A stretch of DNA of 64,000 bases from Flectonema sp. DT1601 (taxonomy: Eukaryota), in the NCBI GenBank assembly GCA_964019425.1, contig OZ025785.1, positions 1,612,001-1,676,000 of the forward strand. Direction: 5' to 3'. The position numbers and the translations under genes were made by a program. The notes under the pieces are model-generated. The model worked only from the letters and a program-made list of their open reading frames with translations, made no database searches and was not told where the DNA came from. Shown here piece after piece: positions 13,701 through 26,000 of this stretch. Within the stretch, counting starts at the first letter, position 1. Each line of letters opens with the position of its first letter.

Positions 13701-16700
13701 TGTAATTGTTTTCAGTTAATACGTTTCTGTCTCCTTTCTCTTGAGCGCCAGCTGTACGAAGCAAGTTGCCCAGGACTTGCTTGGAAATTATACCTAATAA
13801 TCATATTGCGATCCTTCTGTTGGGCAGCAGATATCTTATTTGTCCCTTCCCCCGAATTTTTTTACTTTCCGTAGATCTCTGTAGGCCTTGCCTGCGGTAA
13901 CCCGACGAGTTAATTAATTCTGTTCGAACATTTCGATCGTTCTTTCAAGCGATTTCTCAGCATCTCCCCCCCAGCTTCCGATCCTCTCAGGGTTGGTGTT
14001 GCTTTCCCCTTTCGCTGGCTGGCCGACTACTCCATCACCCCGTCATCAATGAATATTCTCTTGTCGGTGCTCGTGATTTGGTGTATTCCTCCTCCTACTT
14101 TTCTTTCTAAAATGATTCCATTCAACCCGTCGTTGGTAGTCAGGTCTTCAGGTCGCAGAGAATGATGTCCTGGAACTTGATTCACTCAACAGCAACACGG
14201 AGAACTTGTAACGCGTAGCCTTTGGAAAGTTGATTTTTGTAATTTTGTCCTGTCTTTTACCCAACACTTGCGTCTTTTTGGCGGGAAGGGAGTTGTGACT
14301 TATAATTGCAAGTTTCCCATTCCCAATAGCATGTGATTGAGGAGGTGTGTATTTTATATATGTAGATCTTTGTGAACCTCGAGCACTTTATTGACACTCA
14401 AGGTAGTTGCAACATAGACTAGCGCTTTCAATAAGAAGCTAAATGCGAGCAGCAGTAACGCGGTCCTATTCTTTTCTGGTGGACTTCTGTGCTGTTTATT
14501 TCTACTCGATTCGATCCCCGTGACTTTGATAGTCACTTTAATTAAAATTATACGCCGTGAGCTCTATTCCCATTAAGCCCTACCCAACCTCCTCACAAGT
14601 AGTTACTTTTTATTTAGTTCCCTATCCCAAGCGCACACAAAGTACGCACAAATTTACTATCTCGGTATACTTTTTAATTGAATCATATTTATGTTCCCCC
14701 CCCTGCGATTATTTTAGTTTAGTCGTTGCTCTCTTCAAAAGTAAGGAATGGTGTCGATGGACGAAACTTTGTTAAAAAGTAAAAAAAATGTAATACTTTG
14801 TCATCGCTACACTATTAAAATAAAAGAAATTATCCAAAAACTATTTCGTTACCTTTCGCTGTTAATATTTTTTCTTAAAAGAAGTTTCATTACTTGTCGT
14901 TCAAATGATATTTAATGTTTGTTTGATTGACTCCAAATTGAAGATCAGCTCTCATTATATTCTACTGGCGATGTTATTCCTGCTCATTTTATCCCTCGCT
15001 TTACAAAAGCTCTCAAAATAAACATAAGGGTTACTTGCATATATTTGTATTCTTACATTGCTATTTACATTTCTGTTTTTTTTTTTCTTCTTTTTTTCTT
15101 TCCCGTTTGCGTTATCAAGTCCTAACCATCCCACTCACTGATGTATATATTTATTCAACTCAACGTTGATACCTGCTTGATGAAGTAGTCAGGATTTTCA
15201 GTCGTTTCTTTTGAATAATTTCCAAACTTTATAATGTGGACTGAGAATTGTACTATTTTGGCTTGCGTACTCAGGACTGCTTCACACGAATATCCAACCA
15301 ACTTCCCAAAGTAGTTAGCCCCCTCTAGCATTAGATAAACGGGTACGTTGCTAAGATTCGTACTCATCAGTCCTGCGGGTGAATGCATTACTAAAAGCTG
15401 TATCAGAATGGGTGGATCCCCCTGATCTCCCGAAATAAAAAAATTAAAATAATCTTTTCGTGCTATCCCAATTTCTTTGCGGATCATTTTTTTGCGAGCT
15501 TTTCATATATTTTATACATATAGAATTCAAATACGGTGCTGTTGATGCTCAAGTGTATCGTTCTAGTTCTCACTTTTAGCAGCCTTACACCAAATTGGAG
15601 GTGAGGTTTGCTGATGATTTACAGTTTGAATACAACATTCCATGACAGAAAACACCTCAAGCTACGCCTCAACGAGTTCTTCACTATCTTGTCGGGCAAT
15701 CAGTTTCAGCGAATATTGGGCAGCACCTTTTTTCCCTTGTTGCACCCTCCACACCCTAGCTGGTAGATTGTAATTTCAGCACCCGCGAATATCAAATCGG
15801 ATGTGGACAGCCAGAATAGTTTTTTTTTTTTTTTTTTGTGTTTTATTAAGGTCAAAAAAACTGTAACATTTTATTGTTGTCTTTTTACTGTCAGTGTTTT
15901 CAAAAGATAATTAATAAACGACTCCTCACACGAGAGTCATTCAGATCGCTTGAAGTTGTTAACAATCACAAGAATGTTAATTAAAAAGTGATCAGTTAAC
16001 TGATTCGCTGCTTTGCACAAGTTGGTTAGCTTTCTACACAAACTTTAGAGCTGCAGTTGGAGAGATAGCTACACTAACAGCAACACTAGTTTCTCTCTGC
16101 TTGTTAATTGTATTATTCTATTTTCGGTTTCTTTCATGATTCGAATTTGTTCGTTTCGCCTCTATTTTTATTTGTGAGTGCTTACAGGTAGTCTTGATGA
16201 GCACACATTACACTTCTTGACCTTTTCTATCTAAACCTGCAGACTGTAGGGCCGAAACTGTTAGTCTGCAGCAGACATCTACTCACACAGTGATTCCAAT
16301 AGGGGCGTTTACTGCTTTTATTATATTCACTATTTCAACTACACGAGTGAACTTGGGCTGTCAAATCTAGCGGTCGTCCATTCACTCTTTATCCATTTAC
16401 TCTTTTATTACCCTCCAGCCTTTTGCAGTTGGACAACAATGTGGCTCGCTGAGTCTTGCTCACGTATGTCATATCCTCTCCTTTGTTACATTTCTGCGTT
16501 TTATTTTTAAATATTTGTTAGTGAGTTGATGTTATTTATTCACTAACGAACACGTTCAAAAAAGAGAAAGTAGAAACAAAGCTACGAGAATCCTTCAACC
16601 TCAACCAGTAGGAACAAAAGTGTCCAATGAGGTCAATCACCAATTTCCTTTGGTGTTGCAGAAGATTACTTGACACCAGTCAGTTCTCTTCTAAGAAGTA

Positions 16701-18735
16701 ATTCATCAGTTGATTTATAGAACGATACTCTCCATTTGATACATTTCTTTTCTAAATTTCAACAGAATTTACATCAGCTTCTCTGTATTAAGTGAACAAA
16801 ACAACAAACTCTTTCGCTGGAAACTCTTAAGGTCGACCAGCTGTTGTTTTTTTATTTATTTTTTTTTTTTTATCCCTCGCACTGTCTTTTGTAGTTCTCA
16901 AACAATCGAAACGTTGATTCTGAACAACCGAAGCTGTAGTGACTCAGCTGTGGTATGACTGCAGGTTTGCGGACAGCAAACATTTTAATTTTTCTGATGC
17001 CACCCAGCTGAGTGTTAGTTCAATCAACAAGGCTGTCTGATGTCAGCTGTGCTATCGTTCGATACGTACGCCCTAATCATTGCAGTTGAATTAAAAAATT
17101 ATTTTCCCCTTTGCGAGTAAGCAACCTGATTTATGAACGTGACACGTATCGTATTTAATTGACCACCCGGATTGAAATCAATTGAAGAGCGTTACCCAGA
17201 AAAGTCATCGTCTTTCATCTAAATCTGATCTGTTCTTTATTTTATTGCATCCGTAGAGCAATTCAACACTGACAGTGATTCCGAATCGGAAACACTTGCA
17301 ACCAGTCAAGTGCCTGTGTATAGAATTAGTTCTTTTACGTTGTGTGTTGTTTGTTTAGTTTGTAATTCTTTTTTTTTATTTCATTCCCAAGTAAGATTAT
17401 GATATTGTAGCTGGTAGCACCACGTCAGTGCACAGACAACATCAATTGACGAGTTGGAATATAAAAAGAAGTCGTTCTTAGAATGCTTCAAATTCCTGAC
17501 GGGGGAGTAACTCAAGAGCTTTATAATCGAAGTACTGGACTCTCGTTGGGTTTCCCTTTGAGTGTTGCAGTTCGATTGTAAAGTGTATTGAATTTTAATT
17601 ATCCAGTCCGATGTTTCTGTAATTTATGCTGACGTACGCATCACCCATTTTATCAGTCATGCGTTGGGGAGTTCCACAGATGTAGTTCGTGGCTTCAGAT
17701 CGATTCGCTCTGCAGCTTTCGTATTAGCGACACGCCTGTTGTTACGACAGCTTGTTGATCCTTTCTTTTTTTTATTTTTTACAACCTAAACATTTAATTT
17801 GTTTCAGTCGGAGGGATTCCTCTGTTCTAACCCGACTGCTGCAGTTCTCTGTTTTTAAATTCGAATACATCAAATTAGTTACGCGTCGCAGTCAGCGCTA
17901 TCATTAGAAACGTAGATAGTCGTTACGAGTAGCTTTTTATCTTATTTTTGATAAAAATAATACTTCAGTACTCTTTGAGTGTTGTTTTCAGTTGTTATGT
18001 TTAAGTCTTTTGACTGAACAAATATTTGAATACTTTCTTTTGATTACATCAATTTGTTGAGTTCGATTAGCGTCTCAACAAACAACAACAAAAAACAAGA
18101 ATCAATCACCCGAATAAATCAGTTGCAGTCTGTAGCTTTGAATTGCTAGTGTCGGAGCCCTTTTTTGGTGTTCCCGTTGAAGGATGTGGTAATTCACTCA
18201 GAGAACTACAACTCTCACCGAAAAAAATAGAATCCGAAAGAAACCGCTATTTGTGAATAAGCGAGAATTGCTTTCCCCTTTCTTTTATTTTCCTACACAA
18301 AGAAACGCTGCAAAGGAGACAAGAGACTTCAAGAGTTGGCACGTTGCAAACGCCTTCAGATCTGGGAAGATTCGAGGCCTAAGAATGTATTGCACAACCT
18401 GGACGGGGAGAATCATCGAACAGACTTGCTGTTCTCAGTCCTAAACACTTCGCCATTTTGAAGAGTACTTCTCTTGTCTCTCGTTGCGGAAAGTTAAGAG
18501 TTCGAAACGTACATAACCCTCATCGCGTCGCTTCTTTTCTTATAACCCCCCCCAGCTTCTATTTATTTAACCCCTTAGCTCGTAGAAAGTAGAATTCGTA
18601 CCTTTTGTTTATTTATGTCTTATTCTATTATCAGATATAAAATGGGAGGAGGGAGGAATTAAGAAGGAAGCTGAGAAAATACCAACTAGTGCGAAGTATT
18701 AGTGTCTTTTCTATTTCTCAGAACTTTAAACAAAA

Positions 18736-19611
18736 ATGAAGTTGTTCTCAGCGACTGTTCTCTGCCTGTTTGCCCTCGCCAATGCCGGCAACATGGACAA
18801 ATACAACCAGAGAACTGGAAGAAAGTTCTTAGCCGAGAAGGAAAAAGAAGACAGTGTAAACAAGCTTCCATCGGGGATGCTTTTTAAAGTATTGAAGAAG
18901 GGAGACGGAGGCAAGTCACCTGGTCCAAGTGATCAGTGTGATGTTCACTACTCCGGTACTCTCAGAGACGGAACCAAATTTGACAGCAGTTACGACAGAG
19001 GTTCCCCAACTGCATTTGCTCCAAACCAAGTGATTAAAGGATGGACTGAAGCCCTTCAGCTCATGTGTGAGGGTGACAAGTGGCAGGTTTGTTATTTCTC
19101 TTTTCGTCACGAGTAACTTTTCAAAATGAAAACTCAACAAACTCAAACAGCTTTACATCCCATATGAGATGGCCTACGGAGAGCGTGGATCTCCACCAAA
19201 GATCCCTGGATTCGCTCCTCTTGTATTTGATGTTGAACTGATTAAAGTAAAGGAGGGTGGTAAAGACTGTTCTGAGGCAAAGGACAAGTTGAAGGTTTGT
19301 TTTTTATACCGACGGAGAATAAACCATTCAGATATTTCTTATGATCATGATTTATTTTCCTCCGTGCGACAGGATTCTGTCTGCGTTCAACGAAATATAG
19401 CTAATATATAATAATAGGATAATCTGAATGGTTTTGTTTATTTATTTCTAAAGATGATCAAATCTTTCGTAATATACTTACTTTCGGTTAACTTACGTAT
19501 TCTCGCCTGAGTCTCCGAATTACGTAATGAATTATTTACAACTTTTGATATTTATCTGTCGAACGAATATAAAAACAGGAGCAACTTGGAGGCGAGCCTG
19601 CCGAGCTCTGA
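18736..19611 (+). CDS. FKBP-type peptidyl-prolyl isomerase, secretory/ER type (3 exons: 18736-19086, 19151-19294, 19579-19611; ~175 aa)
   Basis: Signal peptide [21 protein letters not shown] motifs [19 protein letters not shown] and [12 protein letters not shown]. Removing intron 19087-19150 restores [34 protein letters not shown] third exon after AAAAACAG (19578) gives ...[10 protein letters not shown]; this exon is less certain. Confidence 0.92.
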
Positions 19612-19927
19612 GTCAGCAAAGGTTTTGTAAGAGGCAAATAAAAATAATCGAAGATGTAAGTAACCGTACGAAGACACGTACTAAGTGGTCGGTGAGAAAT
19701 GACGGTTTGACCTCCGCCATTTCGTTTTGTGCCGCTCAACTCAGTTGAGCGGCGTTGTTTCATTGTGAGGTATTTATTTAATTAGCGGCAAATATTTTTC
19801 CTTCTTTTTCAGCAGATCTTGTTGCGGTTAGCGGCAACTGCAATGGCGTGAAATAAAATTTAGTTCCATCAGTTTGATTCAGTCTCTTCTCAGTAAGGAA
19901 TTATTATTTTTTAGTCGATAGAACCAG

Positions 19928-20927
19928 ATGTCAGAACGAAAGGTTCTAGTGAACGGAGTTGAGTTACGGGCAACAGTGAAAGAAGGAAACGGATCCCTGC
20001 CGATGATGTGGGCGCATTGCATGGGAGGCTGCAGAAAAAGTGAAGAGATTGAGGGATACTTTAATTGGAGGACTGATTGCGTTGAGAAACTCGTGAAGTA
20101 TGACTCCCGAGGGCACGGGGAAAGTGTCGGTGGAGGGGATCCAGAGGATTATATTTGGGCAACTTTATCACACGACTTGACGGGTGTTGCTAAACAACTT
20201 TGTGGACAAAACTCAAAGTTGATAGTCGGCGGTGCTTCAATGGGATCGGCTACTGCAATTCATGCGGCTGTGGCTTCGCCCAGCAGGATTCGACTTCTGA
20301 TTCTCTGCCTACCACCTCCCTGTTACGAATCTCGTACTGAAAAACGCAACTTCATGAGCGTACTTTCGGAGTCCTTCGAGAAGCCTGGCGGTTATGATAA
20401 ATACGTTACAATGAACAGAGCGGCTAAACCACTTCCTCTGTTCGCAGCCGCGGGAAGGTATGTCTTGCCTGCAGCTTGATCACAATAGTTCAGATGGTGC
20501 CTACTACTAACAAACAACAAACAGAAAACACACGTGGGAAGCACCCGCATTCTTACCTGAGTCAGCTCACTTGGCGATGAAGGGAGCGTCACTGTCCGAC
20601 TACCCCCCGCGGGACGTGCTGAGGGAGCTCAAAACACCAACACTCATCCTCACATGGGAAGGCGACTCAATGCACCCGGAGGAGAGCGCAACTCACTTGC
20701 ATTCGTTGATTCCAAATTCAACGCTTCACATCGCACGAAAATTTGAAGAAGTTGAGAAGTGGCCGGACCTCGTCGCTGATTTTATCCGCGCTAACCAGGC
20801 TGTAGTGCCTCCGCCACTTGCCGACCCCTCCGCGATGGATGCTTCGCTTCTCGCACATGATGGAAACAATCCCTCAGAAGCACAACTAGCAGCTGCTCGT
20901 AGGAAATGCTGCTGTTGTATTTCATGA
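19928..20927 (+). CDS. Alpha/beta-fold hydrolase with C-terminal Cys cluster (2 exons: 19928-20457, 20525-20927; ~310 aa)
   Basis: YDSRGHGES, nucleophile elbow GASMG, PTLILTWEGDSMHP. Intron GTATGT...AAACAG (20458-20524) joins the two ORFs in frame. Ends RRKCCCCIS. Confidence 0.88.
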
Positions 20928-21537
20928 GATGTTTGTATTTAATATTATTTCAGATAATCCAATTCGAGTGCTGTACTGATTAAGGTCTCCTTCGTACACA
21001 GACTCAAACAGCCGGATGTGAACTCGTTTACTTTCTGTTTAGGTTTCTCTCATTTGTTTCGTTCTCTAGATATTAAGCTCCGCAATCGGTAATAACTACC
21101 GAAAAGGTTGCACGAATTGCGACTCCGACTTTCACTAGTTGGAAGTGGAAAGACAAAGATCTGGCGATGTGTTCTGAACCGACTACTCGGTTTGAAAATA
21201 GCAACAAAAATGATTTCATTATCTTTGGTAAACTTAAATACAAACCAACACTTCATTAAGTCTTTTCAAAACTAAATAATAAGCTGCTCGTACTCCAACT
21301 GGAGTCCGCAAACTGAAAGGCAGTTCGATTCCACTAAGTGGTCTTTGCAAAACATATCCACAATTAGTTATTAAAGATGATTACCTACTAGTCCTGCAGG
21401 GAATAATGAAAATGATGAGGTAGAAGTTCAACTGGTTTGGTATCTGATTCGGTTACTGTAATTAGAACACATCAATAGTGAAGTCTATTCTTTTATTTGA
21501 TATTATCTTTAGGAGTGAAGAGAACGAGAAGTGGGAG

Positions 21538-22704
21538 ATGAATATGGCGAAGCAGAAGGCGATGGCTGCGGTTGCTATTCTGTCGTTGCTGAGCACGTTG
21601 TCAGTGTTCTCCTGGAGCGGTGGTGATGTCGACAGTCATACGGAGAGAGCAGCAGACATTGCACAAAAGTCTCAAAATCTCAAGAGGATCGCTGAAGTTA
21701 CTGCACAGCCAACTACACAAGTTGTGGTGGCTGCAGATGAAAAACGAGTTCTGACACCTGAAGCATCAGCAAACTTATTTCACACAGGAAAGGTTATGCA
21801 CCACACAGACGGACTTGCAGATAATTCCGGACTGTTGAATGGAGTCATTTTAATATTGTATGGAGGTCGGTTAGGTGGGGGATACTTTAGAAAGTACGCA
21901 CTCCCACGTATGAATGAACACTTCTTAAGGTGCTTCCCGTACCCTCTTCATATATTTTATGAAGAAGGTGTACCAGAAGAAGAGCTATTATCTCTGAGAC
22001 AGTTGGCGAATTACACAAACGTGACCTTTGAATTGATATCATTTGCGAAGTTGCCTCCCGGGGTGACTGAAGACAAAGTCGACAAGTGGAAGAGGGAGGG
22101 AACACAAAAGAAGTTTCAAGGGAGAGGATATCGACAGATGTGTAGATTTTGGGCTGGTTCTGTTTGGTCATTCCCCTCCCTACAAAAGTACAAATACTAC
22201 ATGAGATGGGACACTGATTCAATAATTCCAACTACTGTTCCCTCCGATCCATTTAAACGTTTAGAAAATGGTAAATGTACTTACGGTTATAATCGACTCA
22301 AGAATGAGAATCCACACGTGACAGTTAGCCTTTGGGAAACAACACTGAAATGGATGGAAGATTCAAACCTGTCACCAGCTTCCCAAAAAAGGATCAAAAA
22401 CACGATTCTAGAAAATGGGAAATACATGGGGGCGATGTATTATAATAATTTCGAACTCGGAACTCTAGAACTGAAGAACCACCCGTCGTACCAGTCATTC
22501 TTTCGATATATCGACAGCCATGAGCCGTTTGGGATATTTCGTTATCGCTGGGGAGATGCTCCACTTCATACGATTGGAATCTCAGCAGCCATCGAAGACA
22601 AGAAACAATACTGCAACTACAGCAGAGTTGAGTTTCCATATCAACACAACCCCGCTAAGAAGAACATCGCAGCAATTCCATCACAAGTTCGTTGTAAGAG
22701 ATAA
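21538..22704 (+). CDS. Glycosyltransferase family 15 (KRE2/MNT1-like alpha-1,2-mannosyltransferase), type II membrane protein
   Basis: GT15 motifs YRQMCRFW, YYMRWDTDS, YNNFE and GIFRYRWGDAPLHTIG; N-terminal hydrophobic anchor. First ATG after a T-rich tract + AG is 21538 (21544 is an alternative). Confidence 0.88.
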   Translation: MNMAKQKAMAAVAILSLLSTLSVFSWSGGDVDSHTERAADIAQKSQNLKRIAEVTAQPTTQVVVAADEKRVLTPEASANLFHTGKVMHHTDGLADNSGLLNGVILILYGGRLGGGYFRKYALPRMNEHFLRCFPYPLHIFYEEGVPEEELLSLRQLANYTNVTFELISFAKLPPGVTEDKVDKWKREGTQKKFQGRGYRQMCRFWAGSVWSFPSLQKYKYYMRWDTDSIIPTTVPSDPFKRLENGKCTYGYNRLKNENPHVTVSLWETTLKWMEDSNLSPASQKRIKNTILENGKYMGAMYYNNFELGTLELKNHPSYQSFFRYIDSHEPFGIFRYRWGDAPLHTIGISAAIEDKKQYCNYSRVEFPYQHNPAKKNIAAIPSQVRCKR

Positions 22705-23089
22705 TTGTTTTTAACACTTTGACGGAATCCACGAGAACAACTCCGACAGTACTTCGCTTATGAAAATAAGTCACTTTCAATACCTGAGTTGAGACCTTTT
22801 ACTTGATACTTGTCTCTAGTTAGCTGCAGTTTTCATTTAACAACTGGGATGCGAACCGCTTCCCTTGAGAAGGTATTCAATTCGATTACTATTTGGAGAC
22901 AAATCCTTTTATGTTGTGAAAAGCAAACCTGCGATATTTTAATTACATTTTATTCACCAGTCTAAAACAAGAATGAGCTGTCGAATATGTGGATCTCAAA
23001 GATATGTATTTTATTAAAAGTGTGTTGTTGTGGAATATAAAACTATTTACTGAATAAATAAATTAATACTTTCTAACAGGAATGTACAA

Positions 23090-26000
23090 ATGGCTACCTG
23101 GAATGGAGAGGTTCTATTTGTTATGTTCGTTGTGTTCTCAGCGATCATCACTACAGTAGACGGGCAAGTTGCTGTTGTTTGGGGGAACGAACAGGGCGTA
23201 ATTACAGATGCAGCAAATGCTGCCGTGGAGAAGGTATTTCAAGAGACGGGGTGGAGAGGGCAGCTGGTCCAGGAGACAGACTTGCAGTCGACCGATTCGC
23301 CAGCAAAAATCGTTTCGAAGTTGTGCACATCAATCTCAAGTGGAGGGATTCTTGGGATTCTCGGCCCCACTACATCAGAACAAGCAGTTGTTGTCGGAAG
23401 GACTGCAGCAATTAATAACCTGCCGATTGTATCGCACTCCGCAACCAGTTCTGACCTGACCGATGCAGCTGGCTTCACGACTTTGAGCAGATCAATTTCA
23501 CTCGACGCTGTTCAAGTGAAGGCACTTCTTTCGTTTGCTACAAAACTCGGATTCACTAGTTGCGGTATTTTATACTCGCAGGATGCCTACGGAGTTGGAA
23601 TTCTTCGAAGGATTTCTGATTCGAATTCGATTTTATTTACAGCAATTCCAATTGCAACAAATGCCACAACTTTTTCTACGGAAGTTAAGACTTTGCTGTA
23701 CCAACATCAGCAGTCACTCGTACTCATCGTGACGGGTGCCATTCAAACTGGTTTAGTTCTCAACGAAGCGCAAGCCAGTGGAAACTTAGCAAAGGCCGGT
23801 TGGCTGGTGTCGGAAGCAGCAACTGGCAACCTCGAAAGCAGCGGGTTTTCTGGAGACGTCAAAAACATTCTCGGCGTTAGACCCATCGTCACACCAATTG
23901 CAGGAGTGGCTGATACCTTGTACGCAAAGACTGCTTATTTTGCAACAAAAATATTACTTGAAACAATCTTCGATCTTGGCCTGCACACTAACCCAGGTGA
24001 CCGATACTCAGCTGCGGACTGCATGTCTGGATCTTCAAGTTGGGTACACGGGAAGCAGGTTTCGGACGTCGTTCGGCAAAAGGCTAAGGTTTACCAAAAT
24101 GGGATGTGGGAACTCGTTAACTATCAATCAGGTGGTTGGGTGCGAGTTGGCAACAGGACAGAAGAAGAGACTCATGTAGACAGCGAGAGTATTAAATGGA
24201 GCACACACAAATTTCCAAACCCAGCATCTCTCTTGACGGGTGACCACTTGCGGATTCTATTTCCTTGTAATGTCGCGGGGCTTTCGGACCAAACAGAATC
24301 TGGTAACTCAGGTACTGGAATTCTGTGGGATATTGTAAAGAATATTTCAGCGGAGTACTACTTTTCATATTCTCCTTTCATTTCATGTTATGAATGTGAT
24401 CACTCAAATTGTGTTGAAGGAAATAATTTGGACCAACTCAGTAAGGGGGAATTCGATGTGTTTGCTGTCGCACTGACTGTCACACCGGCCCGACAAGATT
24501 TTCTAGATTTTACGTTCCCCTGGGCTACTGATGCGAAGAGACTGTTGGTACTTCGTCAGGCTGAAGAAGAAACAAACTTGTGGCGATTTCTCGAACCGAT
24601 GGAAGGAGCGGTCTACGTTTCGATAATAATTTGTGTTCTCGTTTGTGGCTTAGCCTTGTGGATTATCGAAGCCAATCGAAACCCTGAAATAGCTGTTCAG
24701 GGAGGTCTGGTTTCGACACTCTGGTTAGCCTTCACACACACATTTCTAATTAATCAAGATAATCCTTTCACAGAAACTGGTCGTATTCTAGCGTCGGGGT
24801 ATTTAATATTGGCGACAGTTTTTCTTGCTGCTTACACAGCGGAGTTGACATCATTTTTAACAAATGCTGAAGACTCTCTCTACGCTGCTAACAAACTCGA
24901 ACAATTCTTAACGGGAGAGGTCCCAATTCATCTTCTCGGAGTAGAATTAGATTCGGCAGTTGATGGGATCCTAACAGATTCCATACAAGTCTCTGGTTAC
25001 AGATTAATAAGGAATCAAACAGAAGCTCACAACTTGTTACGAAGCGGCGTCATTTCTGCCTTCATCGAGAGTATGCTTTACTTCGATTTTCACAGGGAGT
25101 GCGATCTGGAGCTTCGAGGTCCAGAAATCTCACAATTACAAGAATTTAAAGCTTTCGCACTTCCAAAGGGAAGCCCCCTAACGAGTGCGTTTGACAGGGC
25201 GATCGTTTATCTCTCACATGTGAGGGGATCGGATACAATTAGAGCAGCACATGTTGCTGCAACTGAGGGTATCAATTGCCCTGATGACGAAGAGTCTGAC
25301 GAGGCAACTGGCATGTCACTTGAGGCGATGTACGGCCCCCTAATTGTGACGGGAGGCATTTTTGCTGCTGCATTTCTACTTCGGTTGGTCCGATTTGTTC
25401 GGAATTACTTTCATAAGCGCCGCCTTGCAAAGACGAAGGTGCGCTGGGCATCTCGATTGTCGCTTTTACCGAGCAAGTCGATTATGGAACTCGCTTTAGG
25501 TATGATGCCAGTTTTTACGGCATCTCAGGCCAGAACAAGAAAGGAGTTAGTTGATCAGATAGTCTCTCGACTGCTACTTCTCGTGAAACCCGCTGGGTAT
25601 GAGACGCATATTGGAGTGAAGTCACTTCTTATAATCTCATCGGTTTTGAAAATCTCGTTGAAGGTTGAAACTAGCGCTCGCGAAATGGCGGAATTGGTTC
25701 GTGAGAAGCTCGACGGGAAATTGAATGCTGAGGAGAGACTCCGCGCAGAACGAGATGGAGGAGCATCGTTCTTGAGTTTGGACCTTTCGCAGAGCGTCCG
25801 CAGTGATTTATCAACTGCGACGTTTGAGCCGCTGGGTTCACGAGATACGGACTCTGTTACATCTCACAACGTTACTCGCACAAGGACTCAGCCCCTCTCA
25901 CAGTCGGACAAAAGACGTCGTTCTTCACTTAACCCGCCGTCTCCTCGCTCTTCTTCAGTAGAACCACTTAAACAGTCAGAAGATCCTCCTAAACAGCAAA

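Noticed and set aside
15155..15487. 110-aa minus-strand ORF
   Set aside because: Opposite to the cluster orientation, no recognisable domain; possibly a decayed fragment but unsupported.
16237..16271. Short hairpin CTGCAGACT...AGTCTGCAG (a similar one at 8903-8929)
   Set aside because: Isolated 9-11 bp stems can arise by chance in 64 kb; no supporting context.
1..18700. Many 60-115 aa Phe/Leu- or Lys-rich ORFs
   Set aside because: By-products of poly-T/poly-A tracts, often with non-ATG starts and no recognisable motifs.
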